From IMG/VR virus record IMGVR_UViG_3300007960_008803, positions 1 to 52,848 of that record: a stretch of DNA of 52,848 nt. The stretch is one strand, 5' to 3'. This document shows, piece by piece, positions 9,984 to 18,414 of this stretch. The translations under genes were made by a program, and so were the position numbers. Numbering within the stretch: position 1 is the first letter of the stretch; each line of letters begins with the position of its first letter. The DNA comes from a virus. Taxonomy: Duplodnaviria; Caudoviricetes. The notes below the pieces were generated by a model, which saw only the letters and a program-made list of their open reading frames with translations, did not search any database and had not been told where the DNA came from.

Positions 9984-10626
9984 TAAAGACAACAACGATA
10001 GAATTGAATTGAAAAAGATAATAGAAATCTGTAATGAATTCAACATTTCAATAGATTCAATTTTAGAAGTGGGTTCTATGACTGGAGATGATTCAAAATA
10101 CCTATCAGAATTGCTAAATGTAGAAGCAGATTGTGTCTATATACTAGAGCCACATCCAGCTCATTTCAAAAGAATAATGAAGAAATATCCACAATTTAAT
10201 GTATTTAACTTAGCTGCTTGGAAAGAAGACGGAGAAATGATTTTTCATGCTGGGAAAGATATTGATGATGGAAGATCTTCGGTATTAGAGAGAGAGTATA
10301 AAAAGGATTCTTTTCTTAAAGTAAAAGTAAGAGTGATTAAAATTGGCAATTTTATACAAGAAAATATTTCAAAACAAAATATTTGTTGCAAAATAGATGT
10401 AGAAGGAGCAGCTTACGAAGTACTTTCTGGTTTTGAAGATAAGTTGGAAAAGATAAAATTATTACAAATAGAAACAGAACAGAAAGAAATTTGGAAAAAT
10501 CAAAAAACACATAAAGACGTAGAAGCATTCTTGCTAGAGAAGGGTTTTGAAAAACTTTGGGAAACAAAACTAGGTGCTACACAAATTGATTCAATCTGGA
10601 GAAAAAATGAAAATAAGTTTAATTAA
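9976..10626 (+). CDS. FkbM-family SAM-dependent methyltransferase
   Basis: ILEVGSMTG, ILEPHP, NLAAW, KIDVEGAAYEVLSG, IQIE. Confidence 0.88.
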   Translation: MGSKDNNDRIELKKIIEICNEFNISIDSILEVGSMTGDDSKYLSELLNVEADCVYILEPHPAHFKRIMKKYPQFNVFNLAAWKEDGEMIFHAGKDIDDGRSSVLEREYKKDSFLKVKVRVIKIGNFIQENISKQNICCKIDVEGAAYEVLSGFEDKLEKIKLLQIETEQKEIWKNQKTHKDVEAFLLEKGFEKLWETKLGATQIDSIWRKNENKFN

Positions 10627-11464
10627 ATCTTCATCAAATAACTTAAACCCATGGGTTCCTGAGTTAGAAAAACAAGGAATAGAAGTTCTTGTAAATAAAG
10701 TAGACAATGATTGTGATTTTATTGTTTTAGCCACAAATTCACAACTGTCTAGATTAGAAGATTTTCACAAAAAATACCCAAATATAAGAATCATCTGCTA
10801 TGCTTGGGACCTTTACGAATGGATCTGGAAACATCCAAGAGGATATGATTGGAAAGGTTTTGGCGAATATCTAAAGAAAAGTGTAGAAATTTGGGTTCCG
10901 TCTGAAGAAGTTGCACTACGAGTAGAAGAATACTTTGGAGTTGGAGATAAATGCCAAACAATACATACGTTTGCAAGATTCTTTTCTGCAAGTGAGGATG
11001 ATATCAAAGACAATAGATATATATACAACCCTTTAAGAGACATACCAGATAGAAACAATGGGTGGTTAAAAAAGGTGTGTTCGAAGTACAATCTTCCTTT
11101 GCACGAAAGCAGACACAGATTATCAGAAGATGAATTTCAGAAAAAAATTCTAGAATGTTCCTTTATGGTTTGCGAATATTACGAAGCTTCAACAGGTGGA
11201 CTAACTCTTTTAGAGGGTTTTTATCATGGAAAACCCTGTATAGTCAGTGACTCTAAGTACATGGGAGCAAAAGAATACTTAAAAGAACAAGCAATATATT
11301 TCAAACACGATAGTTACGAAGATTTTGAAAAAACTGTTTTAGAAACTTGGAACAATACACCAAAACTAAAATTAGAAAACACAAGAGAATTTTTCAATGA
11401 TTTAACAATAGAAAAAATGGTAGAAAAAATGATAGAAAGAATGGAGAAATTAAATGAACAATAA
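10607..11464 (+). CDS. Glycosyltransferase, GT-B-like
   Basis: YYEASTGGLTLLEGFYHGKPCIVSDS GT4-like signature. Start moved from GTG 10574 to ATG 10607, which has a GGAG RBS. Confidence 0.7.
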   Translation: MKISLIKSSSNNLNPWVPELEKQGIEVLVNKVDNDCDFIVLATNSQLSRLEDFHKKYPNIRIICYAWDLYEWIWKHPRGYDWKGFGEYLKKSVEIWVPSEEVALRVEEYFGVGDKCQTIHTFARFFSASEDDIKDNRYIYNPLRDIPDRNNGWLKKVCSKYNLPLHESRHRLSEDEFQKKILECSFMVCEYYEASTGGLTLLEGFYHGKPCIVSDSKYMGAKEYLKEQAIYFKHDSYEDFEKTVLETWNNTPKLKLENTREFFNDLTIEKMVEKMIERMEKLNEQ

Positions 11465-12167
11465 ACCAAAAATACTAGGAAATAATGTAAAAATACATCC
11501 AAGTGTCAAATTTGGCATAAATGTTATTATTTACGATAATGTTGAGATAGGAGAGCAAACAATAATATCGCATAACTGTATTATCGGAGACTCAGATATT
11601 AAACTTTACAAATCTAAAAACCACCAATCAAAAAAAACAATTATAGGAAAAAATTCCTTTATAAGGCCCTACACAATGATTTCTGAAGATGTACAAATTG
11701 GTGACAATTTTCAATGTGGCGATAAGGTAATGATGCGTAAGAACACAAGAATAGGGAATGACTGCTCCATTGGAACAATGTGTGATTTACAAGGTAACAT
11801 AGTGATCGGAAATAATGTGAGATTTCATTCAAATGTACATATCGGAATGAAAACAGTTATCAAAAACAATGTCTGGATTTATCCATATGTTGTTGTAACA
11901 AATGACCCAAATCCACCTAAAGGAGAACTATTATCTACAACAATAGAATCTTACTCGCAAATAGCAAGCAATTCAGTTTTAATGCCTGGTATCACTATCG
12001 GTGAGTCTTCTTTTGTTGGAGCTAATTCTTTAGTAGTTAAAAGTGTAGAAAAAGAAACCTTGGTTTACGGCTCACCAGCCAAGTCTATTTGTAGTGTTAG
12101 AGAGGTTAAAGATATTCATGGTAATTCATACTTGCCATGGCAAGAATTTATAGGAGAAAATAAATGA
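11454..12167 (+). CDS. Left-handed beta-helix (hexapeptide repeat) sugar N-acetyltransferase
   Basis: Repeated [IV]G hexapeptides, VVTNDPNP, IGESSFVGANSLVVKSV...YGSPAK (WbpD/FdtC-like pattern). Confidence 0.9.
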   Translation: MNNKPKILGNNVKIHPSVKFGINVIIYDNVEIGEQTIISHNCIIGDSDIKLYKSKNHQSKKTIIGKNSFIRPYTMISEDVQIGDNFQCGDKVMMRKNTRIGNDCSIGTMCDLQGNIVIGNNVRFHSNVHIGMKTVIKNNVWIYPYVVVTNDPNPPKGELLSTTIESYSQIASNSVLMPGITIGESSFVGANSLVVKSVEKETLVYGSPAKSICSVREVKDIHGNSYLPWQEFIGENK

Positions 12168-13117
12168 GAAATATAAAAAACTGTAATGTATGTGTTATAG
12201 GTGGAGCTGGCTTTCTTGGCTCTCATCTAGTTGATCATCTAATAGATGATCGAGAATGTAAAGTGTTAGTTCTTGATAATCTAATCACAGGATTGAAAAA
12301 GCATTTAAATGAAAAAGCTAAATTCCTATGGTTTGATATCAGAGATGATGAAAACGACTTAGCAAAAGTGTTTATTGACAACAAAATTGATTATGTATTC
12401 AATTATGCTGCTGAACCTTATATACCAGAATGCTTTGAAAGGCCAATGCATTTTTTTGATATTAATGCAACTTCTGTCTTGAGGGTCCTAAATGCATGTC
12501 AAAAAGCAGGAATCAAAGGAGTTTTACAAGTCTCATCAGCTGAGATATATGGTGATATGACCGGTAAAATTACTGAAGAAGATCCTATCGTACCTCACTC
12601 TACTTATGGAGTTTCAAAAGTAGCTGCTGACGGACTAGTACAAGTTCGCTGGAGAGAAGCGGGCGTACCTGCAATTGCTATGAGACAATTTAACTGTGTT
12701 GGTGAAAGGGAAACACATCCTTATGTAATACCAGAAATTATTAGTCAATTAAATCAAAGTAACAAAATAAAACTTGGAAATAATTCTTTCAGAGACTTTC
12801 AATACTCTCGCGACGCAGTAACAATGGCTGTTGAACTCCTAGAAAAAGGAGATTTTGGAGAAGTATACAATATGGGCTCTGAAGGTGGAATCAAGATTTA
12901 TGAATTAGCAAAATTAATAGGTGAGCTGATGGGGCATGAAGAGGTAATTATCGAAGTCGATCAAGAAAGAGTTAGGCCTTGGGAGATATGGCATCTCCAA
13001 TCTGATAACACTAAGTTATATAAAGCAATTGGTAAGAGAGAGACTACTTCATTACGAGATGCTTTAAAGAAGACTATTGAATACTATAGAGCTAATAATA
13101 ACAAGTGGGACTGGTAA
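12164..13117 (+). CDS. NAD-dependent nucleotide-sugar epimerase/4,6-dehydratase (extended SDR)
   Basis: GGAGFLGSHL, VSSAEIYG, YGVSK (YxxxK), RQFNCVG, RDFQY, GEVYNMGS. Confidence 0.92.
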   Translation: MRNIKNCNVCVIGGAGFLGSHLVDHLIDDRECKVLVLDNLITGLKKHLNEKAKFLWFDIRDDENDLAKVFIDNKIDYVFNYAAEPYIPECFERPMHFFDINATSVLRVLNACQKAGIKGVLQVSSAEIYGDMTGKITEEDPIVPHSTYGVSKVAADGLVQVRWREAGVPAIAMRQFNCVGERETHPYVIPEIISQLNQSNKIKLGNNSFRDFQYSRDAVTMAVELLEKGDFGEVYNMGSEGGIKIYELAKLIGELMGHEEVIIEVDQERVRPWEIWHLQSDNTKLYKAIGKRETTSLRDALKKTIEYYRANNNKWDW

Positions 13118-13647
13118 TGTCTAAAATTAATAATGAAAACTTTTGGCATAATCGTTTAGCTTATGCTAAAAGTCTAGCTAAAAATGATGAGATGATACAC
13201 TTTTCTGTTTTTAAAGTATCAAAAGAGTATTGGGATAAAATTCAAAAAAGTCATGAAAAAGTAATACTTGAGAACATTGATATTGATGGAGATAAGATTC
13301 TGGATATTGGCTGCGCTTTCGGTAGAGACTACATTAAAAATATGAAAAACTATGTTGGAATTGATTTTTCAAAAGATTTTATAAACGAAGCAAAAAGAAG
13401 ATTTCCTGATAAAGAATTTGTTGTGACCAAAATGGAAGACTTTGAAACAAAAGAAAAGTTTGATTGGGGAATTTTATCTAGTATCAAAAGAATGATAATA
13501 AGAGAAAATGGTCTTGAAGATTGGAATAAGAAAGAAGAACATTTAAAGAAAATATGTAAAAGAATTCTAGTTTTAGAATACACAGAAGCTGCTGAAGATG
13601 AGAACTATGTAGCAACAGAAATTATTGAAGGATATCATGATATATAA
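13117..13647 (+). CDS. Class I SAM-dependent methyltransferase
   Basis: ILDIGCAFGR, YVGIDFSKDFINEAK, EKFD. Start placed at ATG 13117 (TAATG coupling). Confidence 0.82.
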   Translation: MSKINNENFWHNRLAYAKSLAKNDEMIHFSVFKVSKEYWDKIQKSHEKVILENIDIDGDKILDIGCAFGRDYIKNMKNYVGIDFSKDFINEAKRRFPDKEFVVTKMEDFETKEKFDWGILSSIKRMIIRENGLEDWNKKEEHLKKICKRILVLEYTEAAEDENYVATEIIEGYHDI

Positions 13648-14605
13648 GAAATTAGAAGAACAATATGCTAAATACATTGGCACTAAAAATTGCGTAGCAG
13701 TGAACACAGGAACTGCTGCTTTACATGTAACTTTAGAAGCTCTACAGTTACCAGAAGGCTCTAAAGTTATAGTACCTGATTTTACAATGTACGCTTCTGG
13801 CCTAGCAGTATATTATGCAAGACTTGAACCTGTGTTTGTTGATTGCGATGAAAATCTTTTAATTGATCTTGATCAAGTAGAACAATTGATTGATGAAAAA
13901 ACAAAAGTATTGATGGTTACACACATTTATGGAAGAGTGGTAGACATGACTCGTGTTATGAAAATAGCAAAAAAACATAACTTAAGAGTAATAGAAGATG
14001 CTTGCGAAGCTCAAGGAGCTATTCAAAATGGCAAAATGATAGGGTCTTTTGATATTGGATGCTTTTCATTTTATAGAAACAAAATAATACGTGGCGAAGA
14101 AGGCGGTGCGATAACTACCAATGACACTGAATTATCTGAAAAGATAGCTGACATGAAAAGTATGGCCTTTGGAGATACACATAATTACTATCATAAAACT
14201 ATTGGATTTAATTATAGAATTACAGATTTACAATCTGAGTTAATTTTAAACTCTTTAAGCAATGTTGAAGAAAATCTGTCAATACGAAAAGAAATAACAG
14301 ATAAGTTCAACACTTTGTTTCCCCAAAAATATAAGATGCCAAATAATAGAGAAGTAGTGTGGGTTTATGACATGATACACCCAAATGCAGATAAAGTGGT
14401 CAAGAAGCTGAAATCAATAGGGATAAACGCAAGACATTCCTTTAAGCCAATGTCCATGATGCCTCTTTTTAAAAAACAAAAAGTAGGGCCTGTTTCTTTA
14501 AAAAAATCAAAAGAAGTTTTTTATTTGCACATTGATACAAAGTGGACAGAAAAAGATATTAAAGAAGTTTATAATGCTACAATTAATGTTTTGGAGAATA
14601 CATGA
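13637..14605 (+). CDS. DegT/DnrJ/EryC1/StrS family PLP-dependent sugar aminotransferase
   Basis: NTGTAALH, PVFVDCD, THIYG, VIEDACEAQGA, FSFYRNK..GEEGGAITTN, GFNYR. Start placed at ATG 13637. Confidence 0.93.
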   Translation: MIYKKLEEQYAKYIGTKNCVAVNTGTAALHVTLEALQLPEGSKVIVPDFTMYASGLAVYYARLEPVFVDCDENLLIDLDQVEQLIDEKTKVLMVTHIYGRVVDMTRVMKIAKKHNLRVIEDACEAQGAIQNGKMIGSFDIGCFSFYRNKIIRGEEGGAITTNDTELSEKIADMKSMAFGDTHNYYHKTIGFNYRITDLQSELILNSLSNVEENLSIRKEITDKFNTLFPQKYKMPNNREVVWVYDMIHPNADKVVKKLKSIGINARHSFKPMSMMPLFKKQKVGPVSLKKSKEVFYLHIDTKWTEKDIKEVYNATINVLENT

Positions 14606-15432
14606 AAATAAAGATAGGTTTAGTAGGAAATGGGTTTGTTGGTAACGCTATCAACGAAGGAATGAAAGATTTTTACGATATTCAAATTTATGACATTGAC
14701 AGTAGCAAGTGTTATAATACACTAGATGAAGTATCAAAAAATAATATCATCTTTATTTGTGTTCCAACTCCAATTGATCAAGATGGAAAATTTGTTTTAG
14801 ACTTTTTGGAAACAGCCATAGAGAAATTATCAAATAACAAGATTTTGATCATAAAGTCTACAATAACACCAGCAGCTGCTGATAAGCTAGTAAAAATGTT
14901 TCCAAATCAAAATTTAGTATTTAATCCAGAATTCTTAACAGAAAGAACAGCAGTTAAAGATTTTAAAAACCAAAAAAGAATAGTCCTAGGAGGTGCCAAA
15001 GTGCCTATGGATAAAGTAGAAGAAATGTATAGAAAAGTATTTCCAAAAGTTAAGATAATAAAAACAGACTACAAAACAGCTTGTTTTATCAAATACTTTT
15101 GTAACTGTTTTTTTGCTGCAAAAGTTTCTTTAATGAATGAGTTTTACCAAATAGCCGAAGCTGAAGGTGCTAATTGGAATGTAGCTTTAGACGGACTGTT
15201 ATCCTCGGAGTGGGTAAACCCAATGCATACACAAGTTCCTGGTCCTGATGGTGATTATGGTTTTGGAGGAAAATGCTTTCCCAAAGATATCAATGCTTTT
15301 ATTGATTATGCTGAAAATCTAGATATCGATGCACTAGGATTGAAAGCTGCATGGAATAAAAATCTTGAGATAAGAAAGAATAAAAACTGGCTTCAAATTG
15401 ATGGAGCTGTAATTACAAAGGAGAAAAAATGA
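14602..15432 (+). CDS. UDP-glucose/GDP-mannose dehydrogenase family protein, short form
   Basis: GNGFVG, FICVPTP, IKSTI, FNPEFLTE, KY..N.F.A.K...NE, GFGGKCFPKD. Only 276 aa. Confidence 0.9.
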   Translation: MKIKIGLVGNGFVGNAINEGMKDFYDIQIYDIDSSKCYNTLDEVSKNNIIFICVPTPIDQDGKFVLDFLETAIEKLSNNKILIIKSTITPAAADKLVKMFPNQNLVFNPEFLTERTAVKDFKNQKRIVLGGAKVPMDKVEEMYRKVFPKVKIIKTDYKTACFIKYFCNCFFAAKVSLMNEFYQIAEAEGANWNVALDGLLSSEWVNPMHTQVPGPDGDYGFGGKCFPKDINAFIDYAENLDIDALGLKAAWNKNLEIRKNKNWLQIDGAVITKEKK

Positions 15433-15614
15433 AATTATCTGATCAAGCACTTGGAGCTATTATGATGGCTCTTCAAAAAGCTCTAACTGAGCAAACGGAC
15501 ATTGTTCCTGTTCTCAAATCTTTCGAACTGGATCTTATGGACAACGGAGAACTTCTTGTTAAGAACCCTCCAGTTGTCAAAACAAATGTAAACGTTGGCG
15601 TTAAAGATGCCTAG
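15429..15614 (+). CDS. Small hypothetical protein
   Basis: 61 aa; GGAG RBS; overlaps both neighbours in operon fashion. Confidence 0.75.
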   Translation: MKLSDQALGAIMMALQKALTEQTDIVPVLKSFELDLMDNGELLVKNPPVVKTNVNVGVKDA

Positions 15615-15858
15615 ATACGTCTACAGATGTTCTAAATGCGAGGGAGAGTTCCAAGTTCATCATGGTATGAATGAGAAGCAAGACAAATGTGAACTATGTT
15701 ATTCTCATGTCTCCGAGCTTGAACGCATCCCTCAATTAACTTCTATCTCCAAGCCTCCGTCGGAAGAGGGAAAGAGAGTTAAGGAAGCTATTGAGGACAA
15801 CAAGAAAATCTTTAAAGAACTATATAACGAAGCGAGGAATCAAACTTATGATGATTGA
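15607..15858 (+). CDS. FmdB-family zinc-ribbon protein
   Basis: MPRYVYRCSKC...F...H......CELC matches the MPxYxYxCxxC...CxxC pattern. Start at ATG 15607. Confidence 0.82.
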   Translation: MPRYVYRCSKCEGEFQVHHGMNEKQDKCELCYSHVSELERIPQLTSISKPPSEEGKRVKEAIEDNKKIFKELYNEARNQTYDD

Positions 15859-16273
15859 TGCTGCATTGGGAATTGCCCTATTAATAAGCTTAGGAAGCAA
15901 TTTAATAGCCTTTTATTACATTCGGGACCTACTAGGTAGGCTTGGCTGGTTAACGCAAAATTTGGCTAATTTAAGCGAATTAATAAGGGGTTTTCAAGAA
16001 CACATAAGAGGAGTTTATGAATTAGAAAAGTTTTATGGAGATGATGATGTAAAATTACTAGTTCAACACACGAATGATTTGATAGAGGTCATGGATGATT
16101 ATTTGGAAGTCGGTCTTGATTCTGAATTAATCGAGGAAGATTTAACAGAGGACATAACAAATGACACAAAGACGAAGAAAGACAGAGAACAAAAAGATGT
16201 ACTTTACTCAGACTCACGAGGACGCGATTCTGAAGTATTGCGATCCGGCTACAACATACCTGGAGAAATGTAA
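15848..16273 (+). CDS. Hypothetical protein with N-terminal membrane anchor and coiled coil
   Basis: Hydrophobic AALGIALLISLGSNLIAFYYI followed by heptad-like and acidic segments. Start placed at ATG 15848; 3' end overlaps the next gene by 113 nt. Confidence 0.65.
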   Translation: MMIDAALGIALLISLGSNLIAFYYIRDLLGRLGWLTQNLANLSELIRGFQEHIRGVYELEKFYGDDDVKLLVQHTNDLIEVMDDYLEVGLDSELIEEDLTEDITNDTKTKKDREQKDVLYSDSRGRDSEVLRSGYNIPGEM

Positions 16274-16859
16274 TTTATATGAAAATTTAATCCAACCAGC
16301 TTTTAATGAAATGGTTGATAAGATAGTTTTTACTTATAGATTCACAACACTCCCTAACATTGAAGAATTAAGAGATGACTGCAAAGTATGGCTAACTACC
16401 ATCTTAGCAAAATACGATCCAAATCGTGGATCAAAAGCATTTTCTTATTTTTCAGTAATAACCAAAAACTGGTTTATTGCACAAGTAAAAAAGAATTCTA
16501 AAAGAGCTAAACGAGAAGTAGATTACGAATCAGCTGATGCTGAATTGCAAAAATCCAGAATGACATCAGAAATAACATACATTCAAGATGAAATTGAAAA
16601 AGAATTTTGGGAAAATCTAAATAAAGAAATTGATTCTTGGGATTCAAAAAGCATGAATGAGAATGAAAAAAAAGTTTTAGATGCAATAAAAATATTAATA
16701 AATTCAGTTAACGAAATTGATATTTTAAACAAAAAAGCTGTTTATCTTTATCTTCGAGAGCTAACAGGATTTTCAACAAAACAAATTGTTTCTCAATTAA
16801 ATAAACTAAGAAAGAGATACAAAATGTTTAAAGATAACTGGGACGAAGGTAAAATTTAG
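16161..16859 (+). CDS. Phage RNA polymerase sigma factor (sigma70 region 2, T4 gp55-like late sigma)
   Basis: LRDDC...LAKYDPNRGSKAFSYFSVITKNWFI matches the region 2 F/YDP.RG.KF.TY pattern; C-terminal HTH-like YLRELTGFSTKQI; GAGG RBS. Confidence 0.75.
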   Translation: MTQRRRKTENKKMYFTQTHEDAILKYCDPATTYLEKCNLYENLIQPAFNEMVDKIVFTYRFTTLPNIEELRDDCKVWLTTILAKYDPNRGSKAFSYFSVITKNWFIAQVKKNSKRAKREVDYESADAELQKSRMTSEITYIQDEIEKEFWENLNKEIDSWDSKSMNENEKKVLDAIKILINSVNEIDILNKKAVYLYLRELTGFSTKQIVSQLNKLRKRYKMFKDNWDEGKI

Positions 16860-16865
16860 TAAAGA

Positions 16866-16873
16866 CTAATTAT
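16866..16873 (+). promoter_or_regulatory. Candidate late-promoter motif CTAATTAT at the head of the structural module
   Basis: Fills the 17-nt gap after the sigma gene; ATG follows 3 nt later with no SD. Confidence 0.45.
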
Positions 16874-16876
16874 TGT

Positions 16877-17164
16877 ATGTCAAAAAAACTAGATGAAATA
16901 ATACAAAAAACACTTGCCAACATAGAGGAAGATCGTTTGGTTACTCGAGATTTACTCGAGGATGCTATGGAATATCTTGCAAAAGATGAACATCGTCATA
17001 GAGAAATTGGTCTTACTTTAGCTAAGTATGTTGAAACCCTTCAACGTTCAAATGAACAAATGGTGAAGGTTGCTTCTCTTATTCAAAAAGAAGAAAAGAA
17101 AGAGGATGGGATCTCGAAAGAAGAGATGGATAATTTATTCTCTGCGATTGCGGAGAAAGATTAA
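16877..17164 (+). CDS. Small helical/coiled-coil hypothetical protein
   Basis: 95-aa charged helical ORF, TAATG-coupled to the next gene. Confidence 0.75.
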   Translation: MSKKLDEIIQKTLANIEEDRLVTRDLLEDAMEYLAKDEHRHREIGLTLAKYVETLQRSNEQMVKVASLIQKEEKKEDGISKEEMDNLFSAIAEKD

Positions 17165-18414
17165 TGGCTAAAACTTTTGATAGAATATCTACTTTTCTAG
17201 CCAAACCTAGAACAAGAGTAAAACACTCTAATGATAGAATTATAGAGTTAGAAACTAAAAAAGAACTTAATAAATTCTTAGGAAAGACACAATTTACAGC
17301 TAGAGTTGTTGGTTTACCTAGAATAGACGAAGGAGCTGTATTCACATTGGCTAGTTCTGCTAATGATGATTTAAATGAAAACATTGTTTATGTTAGACTA
17401 GACGAAATAGAAGATTATTTTTTACCTGATCCTTCTACTACAAAATTAGACGGAGCACAACAACTTATAGATTTAATCTTAGCGCACCCTGTAGCTGTTA
17501 TAGGACCAAATGTTACTGGTATCAAACTAGGCAGCTTAGTTGTTTGTGAATTTGATGAAAACCCTGGTAACCTAGGTAAACAAAGAGGATTAAAAGTAGT
17601 CGGATCTCTAGCTACATCTGACCAAGAAGAATATGCTGATTTGATAATGAAAAAATTATTAGCTTCTGAGCTAACTGCTGCACAATTAGCTATGGAGAAT
17701 GGTGGGTACCAACAACAATCTACAGTAGAAAATCCCAGTACTGAAGATTTTGTAGGACGTTATTCCCAAGCTTCAACAACAATTAAAAGATTTCTTGACG
17801 ACCTTGTTGTAATCATTAAAAACAATAATAGGAAAGATTTATTACCAATTAAAGTTGGATCTTTGTTTAGATCATTGGGAGATCAAGCTACAATAATGTG
17901 GGAAAATGTTGTTGAAGGAAAACAAGCAGCCAAAATGGGTTGGTTTGATACAACGTATAAACCGAATAAATCATATGCTTCTTATGTAGCAACTGCTACA
18001 ATAGGAACAAATTATGGATTTTACGGTACTGAGACAAAGAAAGGTGGTTATATGAGAAAATATATGCAGTATGAAGCCAAATTAGTATTACAAGATGGAA
18101 TTGATAAAAAAATAACTAAAACCGATGGAGTAAAGAAAATAACTGAGATATATGAAAAATATTTTAAAAATTATCAAATTGTCCCATCTAGACACAATCT
18201 TGGAGAAGCTGTAGATATCAAAACATCTAATGGCTCAAGAGCCGATATTCCTGCTAACGAATACACAACTCAACAAAAAGAAGATTTAAAAAAGTTTGCA
18301 AAACAATCAAAATATTGTACATTTGCAAATATTGAAAGTTTAGATAAAAGAGGGGAGCATTTACACTGTAATGCTAAAAAAGAAGAAGGAGGTAGCCATG
18401 GCTCGGATATATAA
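17164..18414 (+). CDS. Putative baseplate hub/spike-associated protein with C-terminal peptidase M15-like (Zn peptidoglycan hydrolase) domain
   Basis: S-LF-R-S..DQ, SRHNLGEAVDI (SxHxxGxAxD) and HLH motifs; beta-rich N-half; located ahead of baseplate genes. Confidence 0.68.
   Translation: MAKTFDRISTFLAKPRTRVKHSNDRIIELETKKELNKFLGKTQFTARVVGLPRIDEGAVFTLASSANDDLNENIVYVRLDEIEDYFLPDPSTTKLDGAQQLIDLILAHPVAVIGPNVTGIKLGSLVVCEFDENPGNLGKQRGLKVVGSLATSDQEEYADLIMKKLLASELTAAQLAMENGGYQQQSTVENPSTEDFVGRYSQASTTIKRFLDDLVVIIKNNNRKDLLPIKVGSLFRSLGDQATIMWENVVEGKQAAKMGWFDTTYKPNKSYASYVATATIGTNYGFYGTETKKGGYMRKYMQYEAKLVLQDGIDKKITKTDGVKKITEIYEKYFKNYQIVPSRHNLGEAVDIKTSNGSRADIPANEYTTQQKEDLKKFAKQSKYCTFANIESLDKRGEHLHCNAKKEEGGSHGSDI

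Noticed and set aside
4737-15432. Bacterial O-antigen/capsule locus (chimeric contig)
   Set aside because: No Wzx/Wzy/ABC exporter or priming phosphoglycosyltransferase, and the genes are translationally coupled straight into phage-type genes.
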